DNA of 64,000 bases from TPA_inf: Saccharomyces. Lineage: Eukaryota. Below are positions 46,250 through 57,608 of the stretch, piece after piece. Where the stretch lies: NCBI GenBank assembly GCA_000146045.2, contig BK006941.2, positions 320,001-384,000 of the forward strand, written 5' to 3'. Under the pieces are notes generated by a model. That model did not search any database, was not told the DNA's origin, and saw only the letters and a program-made list of their open reading frames with translations. Within the stretch, counting starts at the first letter, position 1. Each line of letters opens with the position of its first letter. Made by a program: the position numbers and the translations under genes.

Positions 46250-46924
46250 TTATATGATCAGTAGCTATTCTCTACTCAACTGATGTGAACTGGAGTACAA
46301 ATTATGCAAGATATTTTTTTGGCCAAGCTACAAACGTAATACGTAGAAGAATGGATAAAATAGATGTATTAAATATCAGCCCCGAAAGATGGTGTAATTT
46401 AAGTTGACAACATCGCAATTTTGCTAGTCACTTTTTGGAATGCCAGAATCGGCAGTATCATCACTAAATAAATACATCTCTTTATCCTATTCCTCATCTT
46501 GGATAGAGAGTTTACGCATCTGAGCTGTAACATGAAATATCACATGAACTCATATGAGATATAAGACATTAGCTCGTTATTATCAACGCTGCCACGCACA
46601 TTATTTTGTGTTATGCATATCTAAAATAATAAAACCTGTGCTATTATAAGTATATATTTTTGTAACAAAATGAGAAAAGACCAAGGTAAAGAATGTGTTG
46701 CTGAAATATCGAGTTCATCCTTTTTATACTTCGAAAGGCGGTTTTTTTCTCGTTCATCGCAAGGGTGACGGCAGATGTAAAAAAAAAAAAAAAAAATAAA
46801 GTTAGGACTAGCGATTGTCGTAGACGCACATCAATGCTGAATTATTTTGAATTGAAGGATATCATGAACGGTTTACGTGACTATTTTCACTGTGTATGAA
46901 GTGGCACGGTGCAAAGGCCAAGGT

Positions 46925-48088
46925 TTAAATGCCGAATACTCTACTATATGCGTCATCCACATTGGCATTTGAACGGTATTCAGTTTCTAAATCTGTCTGA
47001 TCTTCAAAGAACCATACAATCTTGCTTAATATGCCACTATTTTCCCACCATGATAATTGTAACCTTGAGTTTTGGGATGGTGTGTCATGAGCATATACGT
47101 ATTTTCTAATGTATGGTAGGACACCTGCCAGTAAAGCGAAACAGACTATAATTCTTATTGTTGCTTTTACCCATATGTTGGAGGGAACCGCGGAAATAAA
47201 ATTCTTGAAAGTCCCATCACCATCAGTGGTTGCATGTTTTCGTTTTGAATGTGATACCTTATCGTTACTGCAATTGAGCCCCCTTTCTCGCCGTATTTGA
47301 TCCTTTAGGAAAGATATGGTGTCTGTTTGTCTCTGTAATCTTCTTCTAAACTCTTCCAGAATGGCTTTTTGATCGATTCCCGTTACCAGAGGTGATCCTG
47401 GGTCAGATGTTCTGGAGCTATTTTGATTATCTTCCACTTGTCTAGCTTTCTGTAAGTCGCTGAACCGCTGTTGTATGGAAGCATACTTTTCTTGATAAGT
47501 TTCGAGCCTTATTTTCAATTCGCTTACTTGTCGTTCATTTTCCTGAAGGAGGCTTTGTTTCGCAGTTAGTTCTCTTTTCAATTCCTCCACCTGCACCTCT
47601 AAGGCCTTTCCTATATTATTCCTGCTTAACAGCTTGATAGGTGATTCAGTAAGCTTCTTCCTAGGTGTCGAAATTCCAGCCCCCTCTGTATTCTTGTTCT
47701 TGTTCTCAACCAGAAATTTGGAAGGTGAATTCAAATTCATGCTTACGATAAAATCACTTGGAATAGAATCTACACCAATGAACGCGTTTTCTAAGATTTC
47801 CCTGAGGGGGTGATTAACCAAATTGAAGAAGATATCGTCAAATTCTTCTTTGTGTATTTTAAAGAAGGTTTTTGTATTAGAAAACGTGCGAAACAAATCT
47901 TTATTGATTTCTGAAAACAATGGCAATCGAAGCTCATAGGAACCACTTTTCTGTGCCTTTTGAAAGATATTCTCAATTATCTCGATTAGCTTTGGCAAAT
48001 CTTTACCATATATAAAGTCTCCACTGATGGGTTTGTCAATTTGGCCCCATGCGTACTCAAAAATAGCATCAAACGCACCGTTACTCAT
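46925..48088 (-). CDS. MPS2: Spindle pole body insertion protein with coiled coil and C-terminal TM, 387 aa
   Basis: 387-aa ORF beginning [20 protein letters not shown], with a central coiled coil and a C-terminal transmembrane segment ([15 protein letters not shown]). It matches YGL075C. Confidence 0.9.
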   Translation of the reverse strand: MSNGAFDAIFEYAWGQIDKPISGDFIYGKDLPKLIEIIENIFQKAQKSGSYELRLPLFSEINKDLFRTFSNTKTFFKIHKEEFDDIFFNLVNHPLREILENAFIGVDSIPSDFIVSMNLNSPSKFLVENKNKNTEGAGISTPRKKLTESPIKLLSRNNIGKALEVQVEELKRELTAKQSLLQENERQVSELKIRLETYQEKYASIQQRFSDLQKARQVEDNQNSSRTSDPGSPLVTGIDQKAILEEFRRRLQRQTDTISFLKDQIRRERGLNCSNDKVSHSKRKHATTDGDGTFKNFISAVPSNIWVKATIRIIVCFALLAGVLPYIRKYVYAHDTPSQNSRLQLSWWENSGILSKIVWFFEDQTDLETEYRSNANVDDAYSRVFGI

Positions 48089-48752
48089 ACTTACGTTGTC
48101 AAAGACAGAATTGTTTGTAAAGCTTTCTTTCTTAACCTTGGAGCCGCCAAAAAAAATACTCCACTAAGGCCAGTAGCAACAACACGTTTTCTTGGATGAT
48201 GCGTTTTCTTGAACAAACAGTACCGACTAGGACTGTTTCAATGAAGTTGTGTACGGTCTGGTAGTATATCTATATTCCGTGATGCCTTTGTGGAGGACGT
48301 TGAGATGAGACTGAGTCGTACACCATGTTATTCCTGTTTACGGTTAATTGCGCGTCGCGCTTTCTCTAGCAAATATCTCGGTTCGAAGTAAAGCAGGTCC
48401 TTCATGTAATGGTAACCTAAGGCAAAGGGTTTGTCATATACCCGTGAAGGCATTTACACAAGCGCACTTCTAGTCATATGCAGTTCATGCATATTAAGTG
48501 AGTGTTATAACGCAAGAGTTATATTTGAAATAGGGTTGTTAAAGAAGGGAGAACCCATTCACCACATTATCTTTGCGAGTGTAAAACTAGATAACTTAAA
48601 TTTTTAGGAGAGATTTTGCCACTTGGCAGCAAATACCAAATAGCAGTACTGTTCCGGTAGATAAAGGCAAAGAGTTAGAGGTGTGCTTTACGAACAGCGC
48701 TGGAAGGGAAAGGAAACAAAAAAGACAAAAAGACAGCTGTATTGTTGGCGCC

Positions 48753-51254
48753 ATGAATAATGCTGCAAATACAGGGACGACCAATGAGTCAAACGTGAGC
48801 GATGCTCCCCGTATTGAGCCTTTACCAAGCTTGAATGATGATGACATTGAAAAAATCTTACAACCGAACGATATCTTTACGACCGATCGTACCGATGCAA
48901 GTACTACATCTTCCACAGCCATTGAAGATATTATTAACCCCTCATTGGATCCGCAGTCAGCAGCATCGCCGGTTCCTTCTTCCTCTTTTTTCCATGACTC
49001 AAGGAAACCTTCCACCAGTACACATTTAGTAAGGAGAGGTACTCCATTGGGAATTTACCAAACCAATCTATACGGTCACAATAGCAGAGAAAATACTAAT
49101 CCTAATAGTACATTATTATCTTCTAAGTTACTCGCGCATCCACCAGTTCCTTATGGGCAAAATCCCGATTTACTACAACATGCTGTGTACAGGGCACAGC
49201 CGTCAAGTGGAACCACTAACGCGCAACCGCGCCAAACCACAAGAAGATATCAATCCCATAAATCACGGCCTGCATTTGTTAATAAACTATGGAGCATGTT
49301 AAACGATGATTCTAATACGAAACTTATACAGTGGGCGGAGGATGGAAAATCTTTTATTGTCACGAATAGGGAGGAATTTGTGCACCAAATTTTACCAAAA
49401 TATTTTAAACATTCCAATTTCGCTTCCTTTGTAAGACAATTGAACATGTATGGATGGCATAAAGTTCAAGATGTCAAGTCAGGATCAATTCAAAGTAGTT
49501 CAGATGATAAGTGGCAATTTGAAAATGAAAACTTCATTAGAGGTAGAGAAGATTTGCTGGAAAAAATAATCAGGCAGAAAGGTTCCTCCAATAACCATAA
49601 TAGCCCTAGTGGTAACGGTAATCCAGCGAATGGTAGCAACATCCCTCTGGACAATGCCGCAGGAAGTAATAATAGCAATAATAACATCAGTAGTAGTAAT
49701 TCATTTTTTAACAATGGTCATTTATTGCAGGGTAAAACACTAAGATTAATGAACGAAGCGAATCTTGGAGATAAGAATGATGTCACCGCGATTTTGGGGG
49801 AATTAGAGCAAATAAAATATAACCAGATTGCAATTTCCAAAGATTTACTAAGAATAAACAAAGATAATGAGTTATTATGGCAAGAGAATATGATGGCCAG
49901 GGAAAGACATAGAACCCAACAGCAAGCCTTGGAAAAAATGTTCAGATTCTTGACATCTATAGTCCCACACTTAGATCCCAAAATGATTATGGACGGGCTG
50001 GGAGATCCGAAAGTTAATAATGAAAAGCTAAACAGTGCGAATAACATTGGGTTAAATCGCGACAACACAGGCACTATAGATGAACTAAAATCCAACGATT
50101 CTTTCATAAACGATGATCGTAATTCTTTCACCAATGCTACAACCAACGCCCGTAATAACATGAGTCCCAACAATGATGACAATAGTATTGACACCGCTAG
50201 CACTAATACCACCAACAGAAAGAAAAATATAGATGAAAACATCAAAAATAACAACGACATAATTAATGACATTATATTTAATACCAACCTTGCCAACAAT
50301 CTCAGCAATTACAATTCCAACAATAATGCTGGCTCGCCAATAAGGCCCTATAAACAAAGATATCTTTTGAAAAATAGAGCCAATTCCTCGACATCGAGTG
50401 AGAATCCAAGCCTAACGCCCTTTGATATCGAATCTAATAATGACCGCAAAATTTCAGAAATTCCTTTTGATGACGAAGAAGAAGAAGAAACGGATTTTAG
50501 GCCTTTTACCTCGCGAGATCCTAATAACCAAACGAGTGAAAACACTTTTGATCCAAACAGATTTACGATGCTCTCTGATGATGATTTAAAAAAAGATTCT
50601 CATACCAATGACAATAAACACAACGAAAGTGATCTTTTTTGGGACAACGTACATAGAAATATAGACGAACAAGATGCAAGACTCCAGAACTTGGAAAATA
50701 TGGTTCACATACTTTCTCCTGGATATCCTAATAAGTCGTTCAACAACAAAACTTCCTCGACAAACACTAATTCCAATATGGAAAGTGCTGTCAACGTTAA
50801 TAGCCCTGGTTTCAACTTACAGGATTATTTAACTGGAGAGTCTAATTCCCCCAATTCTGTTCATTCTGTTCCCTCCAATGGCAGCGGCTCCACACCGTTG
50901 CCCATGCCAAATGATAATGACACCGAGCACGCAAGTACAAGTGTCAATCAAGGCGAAAATGGAAGCGGATTAACGCCCTTCCTCACGGTAGATGATCACA
51001 CACTAAACGACAATAACACTAGTGAGGGAAGTACAAGGGTGTCCCCCGATATAAAGTTCAGCGCCACTGAAAACACTAAAGTGAGTGATAACCTGCCAAG
51101 CTTTAATGACCACAGTTATTCCACCCAGGCCGACACGGCGCCCGAGAACGCTAAGAAAAGATTTGTGGAGGAAATACCGGAACCGGCTATAGTCGAAATA
51201 CAGGACCCGACAGAGTACAACGATCACCGCCTGCCCAAACGAGCTAAGAAATAG
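48753..51254 (+). CDS. HSF1: Heat shock transcription factor, 833 aa
   Basis: Begins MNNAANTGTTNESNVSDAPRIEPLPS at ATG 48753; the track ORF begins 24 codons upstream at a TTG. It has the winged-helix HSF DNA-binding domain (PAFVNKLWSMLND...FVRQLNMYGWHKV) followed by the trimerisation heptads. 833 aa matches YGL073W. Confidence 0.94.
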   Translation: MNNAANTGTTNESNVSDAPRIEPLPSLNDDDIEKILQPNDIFTTDRTDASTTSSTAIEDIINPSLDPQSAASPVPSSSFFHDSRKPSTSTHLVRRGTPLGIYQTNLYGHNSRENTNPNSTLLSSKLLAHPPVPYGQNPDLLQHAVYRAQPSSGTTNAQPRQTTRRYQSHKSRPAFVNKLWSMLNDDSNTKLIQWAEDGKSFIVTNREEFVHQILPKYFKHSNFASFVRQLNMYGWHKVQDVKSGSIQSSSDDKWQFENENFIRGREDLLEKIIRQKGSSNNHNSPSGNGNPANGSNIPLDNAAGSNNSNNNISSSNSFFNNGHLLQGKTLRLMNEANLGDKNDVTAILGELEQIKYNQIAISKDLLRINKDNELLWQENMMARERHRTQQQALEKMFRFLTSIVPHLDPKMIMDGLGDPKVNNEKLNSANNIGLNRDNTGTIDELKSNDSFINDDRNSFTNATTNARNNMSPNNDDNSIDTASTNTTNRKKNIDENIKNNNDIINDIIFNTNLANNLSNYNSNNNAGSPIRPYKQRYLLKNRANSSTSSENPSLTPFDIESNNDRKISEIPFDDEEEEETDFRPFTSRDPNNQTSENTFDPNRFTMLSDDDLKKDSHTNDNKHNESDLFWDNVHRNIDEQDARLQNLENMVHILSPGYPNKSFNNKTSSTNTNSNMESAVNVNSPGFNLQDYLTGESNSPNSVHSVPSNGSGSTPLPMPNDNDTEHASTSVNQGENGSGLTPFLTVDDHTLNDNNTSEGSTRVSPDIKFSATENTKVSDNLPSFNDHSYSTQADTAPENAKKRFVEEIPEPAIVEIQDPTEYNDHRLPKRAKK

Positions 51255-52011
51255 TACACAGGGCAAGGTCATTAAATAGCGTATATAATCATTTAATATA
51301 GTATGTTCTCGAAGCTGATCGCGTAAGGCGCAGAGCGAACTAAAAAAAATACCGGCACCCATGCACCTCACACCGCCGCACGCGAGTGAGGTTGAACTGC
51401 ACCCGGAAAATGCCAAGTAGATGAGTCGTGAAGAGTTCTCGTTATTCGAGCTAGTGAGAGCCTGAGAAGGGCTTGCCGAGTGAACTGGTGTCACATTGGC
51501 CGTTTTAACGCAAGTTGGCGTACTTATATTGACTGTTGGATGAAAGGGTAATCAAGAGAAACGGAAACGGCCTCCTCATCGTTAAGCTCATCAGTATTCA
51601 TTTCTCCCCTTTCTGCTCCATCGCGTGCTCGAGACTATATTCTTCAGATTATCAAGCAGAAACAGAATTCGCATATTACATAACTTTCACAGGTTGAAGT
51701 ATAAACCGCTACAGTACACAACCTCGGATAGAATATAGGGAAGAGGCCAATTCCGTGAAAACGATTTAATATTCTTTACAGTTACAAAAAGTATTACCTA
51801 TTATCCTCTTTTCGGTGTCATTGACAAACCTCTTAGCGACAGAAACTCCCTAGCAAAAGAGTAAATCCATAGGAACAACAAAAGAAGACAAATTATCATA
51901 ATATAATTGGGAGTGATAGACGACGATTCATGCTATACCGTAGGTTTTTGATACAAGTCTAACAGTTATACTATTTTTAAAAACAAAAAAATAACAGAAA
52001 AATCTACGACA

Positions 52012-54084
52012 ATGGAAGGCTTCAATCCGGCTGACATAGAACATGCGTCACCGATTAATTCATCTGACAGCCATTCATCCTCCTTTGTATATGCTCTACC
52101 CAAAAGTGCTAGTGAATATGTAGTCAACCATAATGAGGGTCGTGCAAGTGCAAGTGGAAATCCAGCCGCAGTGCCGTCTCCCATAATGACACTGAATCTC
52201 AAAAGCACACATTCCCTCAATATTGATCAGCATGTTCATACCTCAACATCGCCGACGGAAACTATTGGGCATATTCATCATGTGGAAAAGCTGAATCAAA
52301 ACAATTTGATTCATCTGGATCCAGTACCCAACTTTGAAGATAAGTCCGATATTAAGCCTTGGTTGCAAAAGATTTTTTATCCTCAAGGAATAGAACTTGT
52401 GATAGAAAGGTCGGACGCATTTAAAGTTGTCTTCAAGTGTAAAGCTGCTAAAAGGGGAAGGAACGCGAGAAGGAAAAGAAAAGATAAGCCCAAAGGACAG
52501 GACCACGAAGACGAGAAATCCAAGATCAATGATGACGAATTAGAATATGCGAGTCCTTCTAATGCCACAGTAACCAATGGGCCTCAAACATCGCCCGATC
52601 AAACATCCTCCATAAAGCCAAAGAAAAAAAGATGTGTATCGAGGTTTAATAACTGTCCGTTTAGAGTACGAGCTACTTATTCGTTAAAGAGGAAAAGATG
52701 GAGCATTGTTGTAATGGACAATAACCATTCACATCAGCTAAAGTTTAACCCTGATTCCGAAGAGTACAAAAAATTCAAAGAAAAATTAAGAAAGGATAAT
52801 GACGTAGATGCAATCAAGAAATTCGACGAATTGGAATACAGAACTTTGGCCAATTTGCCCATTCCAACAGCTACAATCCCCTGTGATTGTGGTTTAACAA
52901 ATGAAATACAAAGTTTCAATGTCGTATTGCCCACTAACAGTAATGTTACTTCATCAGCATCCTCTTCAACTGTATCGTCCATATCCCTTGATTCATCGAA
53001 TGCATCTAAAAGGCCATGCTTACCCTCTGTAAATAACACCGGTAGTATCAATACCAATAACGTAAGGAAACCGAAAAGCCAGTGTAAGAATAAAGACACA
53101 CTCTTAAAAAGAACCACCATGCAGAACTTTCTCACAACTAAATCAAGGCTGCGTAAGACCGGTACGCCAACATCTTCGCAACACTCATCTACAGCATTTT
53201 CAGGATATATTGATGATCCTTTCAATTTGAATGAAATCTTGCCACTGCCGGCATCCGATTTCAAGCTAAACACTGTAACAAATTTGAACGAAATTGACTT
53301 TACGAACATTTTTACCAAATCGCCGCATCCACATAGCGGGTCTACCCATCCAAGACAAGTCTTCGACCAATTGGACGATTGTTCCTCTATACTCTTCTCT
53401 CCATTAACTACAAACACGAATAATGAATTTGAAGGAGAGTCAGATGATTTTGTTCATTCTCCATATTTGAACTCAGAGGCAGATTTCAGCCAAATTCTTA
53501 GTAGTGCTCCCCCAGTCCATCATGACCCAAATGAAACACATCAGGAAAACCAGGATATTATTGATAGATTTGCTAATAGTTCCCAAGAACATAATGAGTA
53601 TATTCTACAATATTTGACGCACTCCGATGCTGCTAACCACAATAACATCGGCGTTCCAAACAACAATTCACATTCGCTAAATACTCAGCATAACGTTTCT
53701 GATCTGGGCAACTCACTTTTAAGACAAGAAGCTTTAGTTGGCAGCTCTTCAACAAAAATCTTCGACGAATTGAAATTTGTACAAAATGGCCCACACGGTT
53801 CTCAACATCCTATAGATTTTCAACATGTTGACCATCGTCATCTCAGCTCTAATGAACCTCAAGTACGATCACATCAATATGGTCCGCAACAGCAGCCACC
53901 GCAGCAATTGCAATATCACCAAAATCAGCCCCACGACGGCCATAACCACGAACAGCACCAAACAGTACAAAAGGATATGCAAACGCATGAATCGCTAGAA
54001 ATAATGGGAAACACATTATTGGAAGAGTTCAAAGACATTAAAATGGTGAACGGCGAGTTGAAGTATGTGAAGCCAGAAGATTAG
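52012..54084 (+). CDS. AFT1: Iron-responsive transcription factor, 690 aa
   Basis: 690-aa ORF beginning MEGFNPADIEHASPINSSDSHSSS, with a WRKY-GCM1-like DNA-binding region, the Cys-Asp-Cys iron-sensing motif (IPCDCGL) and a Gln/His-rich C-terminus. It matches YGL071W. Confidence 0.93.
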   Translation: MEGFNPADIEHASPINSSDSHSSSFVYALPKSASEYVVNHNEGRASASGNPAAVPSPIMTLNLKSTHSLNIDQHVHTSTSPTETIGHIHHVEKLNQNNLIHLDPVPNFEDKSDIKPWLQKIFYPQGIELVIERSDAFKVVFKCKAAKRGRNARRKRKDKPKGQDHEDEKSKINDDELEYASPSNATVTNGPQTSPDQTSSIKPKKKRCVSRFNNCPFRVRATYSLKRKRWSIVVMDNNHSHQLKFNPDSEEYKKFKEKLRKDNDVDAIKKFDELEYRTLANLPIPTATIPCDCGLTNEIQSFNVVLPTNSNVTSSASSSTVSSISLDSSNASKRPCLPSVNNTGSINTNNVRKPKSQCKNKDTLLKRTTMQNFLTTKSRLRKTGTPTSSQHSSTAFSGYIDDPFNLNEILPLPASDFKLNTVTNLNEIDFTNIFTKSPHPHSGSTHPRQVFDQLDDCSSILFSPLTTNTNNEFEGESDDFVHSPYLNSEADFSQILSSAPPVHHDPNETHQENQDIIDRFANSSQEHNEYILQYLTHSDAANHNNIGVPNNNSHSLNTQHNVSDLGNSLLRQEALVGSSSTKIFDELKFVQNGPHGSQHPIDFQHVDHRHLSSNEPQVRSHQYGPQQQPPQQLQYHQNQPHDGHNHEQHQTVQKDMQTHESLEIMGNTLLEEFKDIKMVNGELKYVKPED

Positions 54085-54458
54085 CATATAGATGAAATCA
54101 AACTTAGACGTATCTCTCGTCCATTTTCATTACATTTTCATCTTTCTTCATTAATTATATACTGAACATATACGCATCTATACAATTTTGACTTTTTAAA
54201 GAAGAAAAAGAAAACAATAGTATACATTCTTTTTTCTACTTTTGTTACAGATAAAAAATCGTTCTTATTATATTACATATATCGGTGCTAAGATCAGGAT
54301 TTTTTCATGTTCCTTCCCCCTGTTATTTCACATCATCCTTTTGCCGGTAGATTAGGCTGGTGTAAATAGTAGTGCTTTTCTCATACATACAAGACATACG
54401 TGAAGATAAGTCCCATTTTCTCTCCCTCTGTCATTAATTTTGAAAGTTCGTTGAGCAC

Positions 54459-54827
54459 TCATGAAAACTGCGTCCTTTTGTTTTTTTGATCTGAAGTAAA
54501 TATGTGTGAGCAAGATAAGCACACAAAGAATAAAACCATCGAAGTATCCTTTCTTCTTTGTTGTGATTGAAAAAACACATTTTCCCGAGAGTGACATTTG
54601 GGACATTCTCTATCAGATCTCGGAAGAGTGGGATCGGAACCAATATCTTGCACCACTCCCGCAGTTTCACCAATGTTGGTAATCAATTCATGCCTGTAGA
54701 CCAATGGACTGCCCGCTTCTTCTACATACGAGCATGTTCTGCATTCAAATAACAACCGGTTATTTTCTTTATCCTCACGAGGGTACAACATATTGTTGCA
54801 GTCACGACAAAATCTAAACGTAGTCAT
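54459..54827 (-). CDS. RPB9: RNA polymerase II subunit Rpb9, two zinc ribbons, 122 aa
   Basis: 122-aa [40 protein letters not shown]...[36 protein letters not shown]. It matches YGL070C exactly. Confidence 0.96.
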
Positions 54828-55086
54828 AGCAGTTTTAAGGGGAGTTTAACTTGCTCTTTTGGCTAGATTTTGTAACTTTCGTTCTACCTAGAATCTGCTC
54901 TTGTTCCATTTGACTTACTCTTTAACGCTATTCACCAAAACAAAATTTTTCAACTTACCCGCCCTATGTCTTGAAGTCCAATAAAACAACTCAAACTAAT
55001 GGCAAACAAGAACTCGGTAAGTTCTGGAAGGAACAGGACAAGCAGCCCGTCAGCAGCAAACACAGTCAATTAAATAAGCGCCCAGT

Positions 55087-55671
55087 ATGTCCTTACGTAT
55101 ACTAGCGAAGAGATCTTCTTCTATCTGGATGAAAACGCGCGTTACACCAGCGCTAATTTCTCCTATTACTATCACAACCCGTTTCAATTCTACGACTACA
55201 ACAGCACCATCACATAAGGATGATGTAAGGCCAGTTGATCCTAAAATTTCTAAAATTGTACAGGACATTTCACAATTGACTCTTTTGGAAACTTCCAGTT
55301 TAATCAACGAGCTGAAAACCGTATTGAACATTCCAGAAATTTCCATGCCTATGGGCGGATTCATGGCAGGCGCTGCAGGCGCAGGTGCTGGTAATGTACC
55401 TAGCTCCACTGGTGAAGCTGGTAGTGGTGCTGAAGAAGAAGCTAAGCCTGAGGCAAAGACCGTGTTTACGGTGAAGTTGGACTCGTTCGACACGAAGACT
55501 AAGGCTAAAGTCATCAAGGAAGTCAAGGGATTATTGGGGCTTTCATTAGTTGAAGCTAAGAAATTCGTTGAAGCTGCACCAAAGGTCTTGAAAGAAAATG
55601 TCGCCAAGGATGATGCTGAAAAGATTAAGAAAACCTTGGAAGACTTAGGAGCTAAGGTCAGTTTAGAATGA
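55087..55671 (+). CDS. MNP1: Mitochondrial ribosomal protein of the bL12 (L7/L12) family, 194 aa
   Basis: 194-aa ORF with an N-terminal mitochondrial presequence and a bL12 C-terminal domain ([49 protein letters not shown]). It matches YGL068W. Confidence 0.9.
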
Positions 55672-56100
55672 TTTTAAAACTGTAGCAATCTACCAATCGT
55701 GTTAATCAAAATAGTCTGTTTTCTCTTCGAGAAAATAAGGAATATATCATGTAAATATGTTTAACTCTTTATTCTTCTTTCGTCCTGCCTTTTATATATT
55801 TTGCCACATCGCTTCTTGCAAGTAGATGTATAAAAATGATTGATTTCCTTATTATTTTCTATAGTATCTTCAACTTCATTATGGCATTCGTTTTCGTGTT
55901 ATAAGTATTTCAGACGGGCTAATCTATCACTTCATAAATCTACTTTTCCAACTTACAAAAGCGGTTGCTTTTCTTCGAAATATAAAGCCCACCAACCATA
56001 AGAATAAAGAACAAGAGCAGGAGCGAAACGAAAGAGAAGATAAAGATTGTACCTTTTTGCTCCTGATTTTTTTTTGATTACGCTACGGTTAGTTGAGAGA

Positions 56101-57255
56101 ATGTCCACTGCTGTGACTTTTTTTGGCCAGCATGTCTTGAACAGAGTTTCGTTCTTAAGATGTTCGAAAGAGTTCATCAAAAAATCATTGAACCATGACT
56201 CTACCGTTTTTATCCCATTTATCGAAGGGGAAGCCCTCATTTCGCCCGAAAATGGTGACCTAGTTCAGCTTTCTAATTCTGTAAAGTCTTACAAGAATAT
56301 TTTGTCAGCAATAGTTCCTTTATACACTACTTTATTGAACACAACTCGCTCAAGAAGCGATGAATCAGGCATCAATGTAACATTTTTAGGTCTCCTGGAA
56401 GGCACAGATTCTGCATTTAATTTTGAATGGTCTAATATTTCTTACAAAGGAACACCATATTTTGGATTAGATATCCGTGTTACTGAGAGCACACTCTTCA
56501 AGAAAGTCGACTTTGAGCCTATTTTTTCCTATCCGAAGGTGACCAGAGATCACATTTTCAAACAAACAAATGAGGATGCTTCACTTTATTCACAAGGTAA
56601 GATGTATCTGGATTGGCTAGCAAAGTACAAATTCTGTCCCGGTTGTGGGTCTCCGTTATTCCCAGTAGAGGCAGGAACTAAGCTTCAGTGTTCTAATGAA
56701 AATCGGAATGTATACTGTAATGTGAGAGATGCAAGAATTAATAACGTTTGCTTCCCAAGAACTGATCCAACGGTCATTATAGCCTTGACCAATTCGGATT
56801 ACTCTAAGTGTTGTCTGGCAAGATCAAAAAAAAGGTACGGTGATTTTGTATTGTATTCAACAATAGCAGGTTTTATGGAGCCATCAGAAACCATAGAGGA
56901 GGCTTGTATCAGAGAAATATGGGAGGAAACAGGCATTTCATGCAAAAATATTGATATAGTCCGGTCACAGCCCTGGCCTTACCCTTGCAGTTTGATGATT
57001 GGCTGTTTAGGCATAGTTCAATTCAATTCCAAAAATGAGGTTATCAACCTGAATCATGACGACGAATTATTGGATGCTCAATGGTTTGATACAACTGAAA
57101 TCATTCAAGCTTTGGATAAGTACGCCGGCGGGTATCGTGTTCCATTCAAAAATGATATCAATTTACCTGGAAGTACTACCATTGCCTTCCAATTAATCAA
57201 TCATGTTTGCGAGAACTATAAAAACTTACGTAAGACCTCATCGAGCCATCTATAG
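56101..57255 (+). CDS. NPY1: Peroxisomal NADH pyrophosphatase, Nudix hydrolase, 384 aa
   Basis: Nudix box GFMEPSETIEEACIREIWEETGI and the zinc-ribbon CPGCGSP are present, as in NudC-type NADH pyrophosphatases. The C-terminus ends SHL, a PTS1-like signal. The first ATG is at 56101 (MSTAVTFFGQ); the track ORF extends upstream. 384 aa matches YGL067W. Confidence 0.9.
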   Translation: MSTAVTFFGQHVLNRVSFLRCSKEFIKKSLNHDSTVFIPFIEGEALISPENGDLVQLSNSVKSYKNILSAIVPLYTTLLNTTRSRSDESGINVTFLGLLEGTDSAFNFEWSNISYKGTPYFGLDIRVTESTLFKKVDFEPIFSYPKVTRDHIFKQTNEDASLYSQGKMYLDWLAKYKFCPGCGSPLFPVEAGTKLQCSNENRNVYCNVRDARINNVCFPRTDPTVIIALTNSDYSKCCLARSKKRYGDFVLYSTIAGFMEPSETIEEACIREIWEETGISCKNIDIVRSQPWPYPCSLMIGCLGIVQFNSKNEVINLNHDDELLDAQWFDTTEIIQALDKYAGGYRVPFKNDINLPGSTTIAFQLINHVCENYKNLRKTSSSHL

Positions 57256-57608
57256 TTTTTAATATAATAAACATTGATAAATAGGCGTGCTTCAGCATAT
57301 GGATATTTTTCACTCAGTTACCCGAAGAAAACAGAGGTGCGTCATAATGCAAATGCTAAATGAATGAATATAGGATGTTAGATTGCTGGTACAAGCAATT
57401 TTGAAACAAAAATCATTACGAACAGAAGAAAGTGGAGCTGAAGAGCGTATATAGTTGTTCATAGCTGTAAAATAATTTCTAAATTACTATTTAGAACCTT
57501 TTTGATATCCAGCATCGCTCATTAGAGATTAATTTACCAAAACGGAATAAACCAAAAAAATAAGAATAGTGAACACACAAGAGAAGCGCAAAAGAGTAAA
57601 GAGCTAAA

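Noticed and set aside
48596-49015. 139-aa minus-strand ORF overlapping the HSF1 5' end (a dubious-ORF type call).
   Set aside because: It overlaps the HSF1 start and promoter, has no recognisable domain and has low-complexity sequence. This is consistent with the dubious ORFs long flagged at this locus.
55050-55607. 185-aa minus-strand ORF antisense to MNP1.
   Set aside because: It is completely contained within MNP1. Its Ala/Pro/Ser-rich composition mirrors the Ala-rich bL12 linker on the sense strand, which marks it as a spurious ORF.
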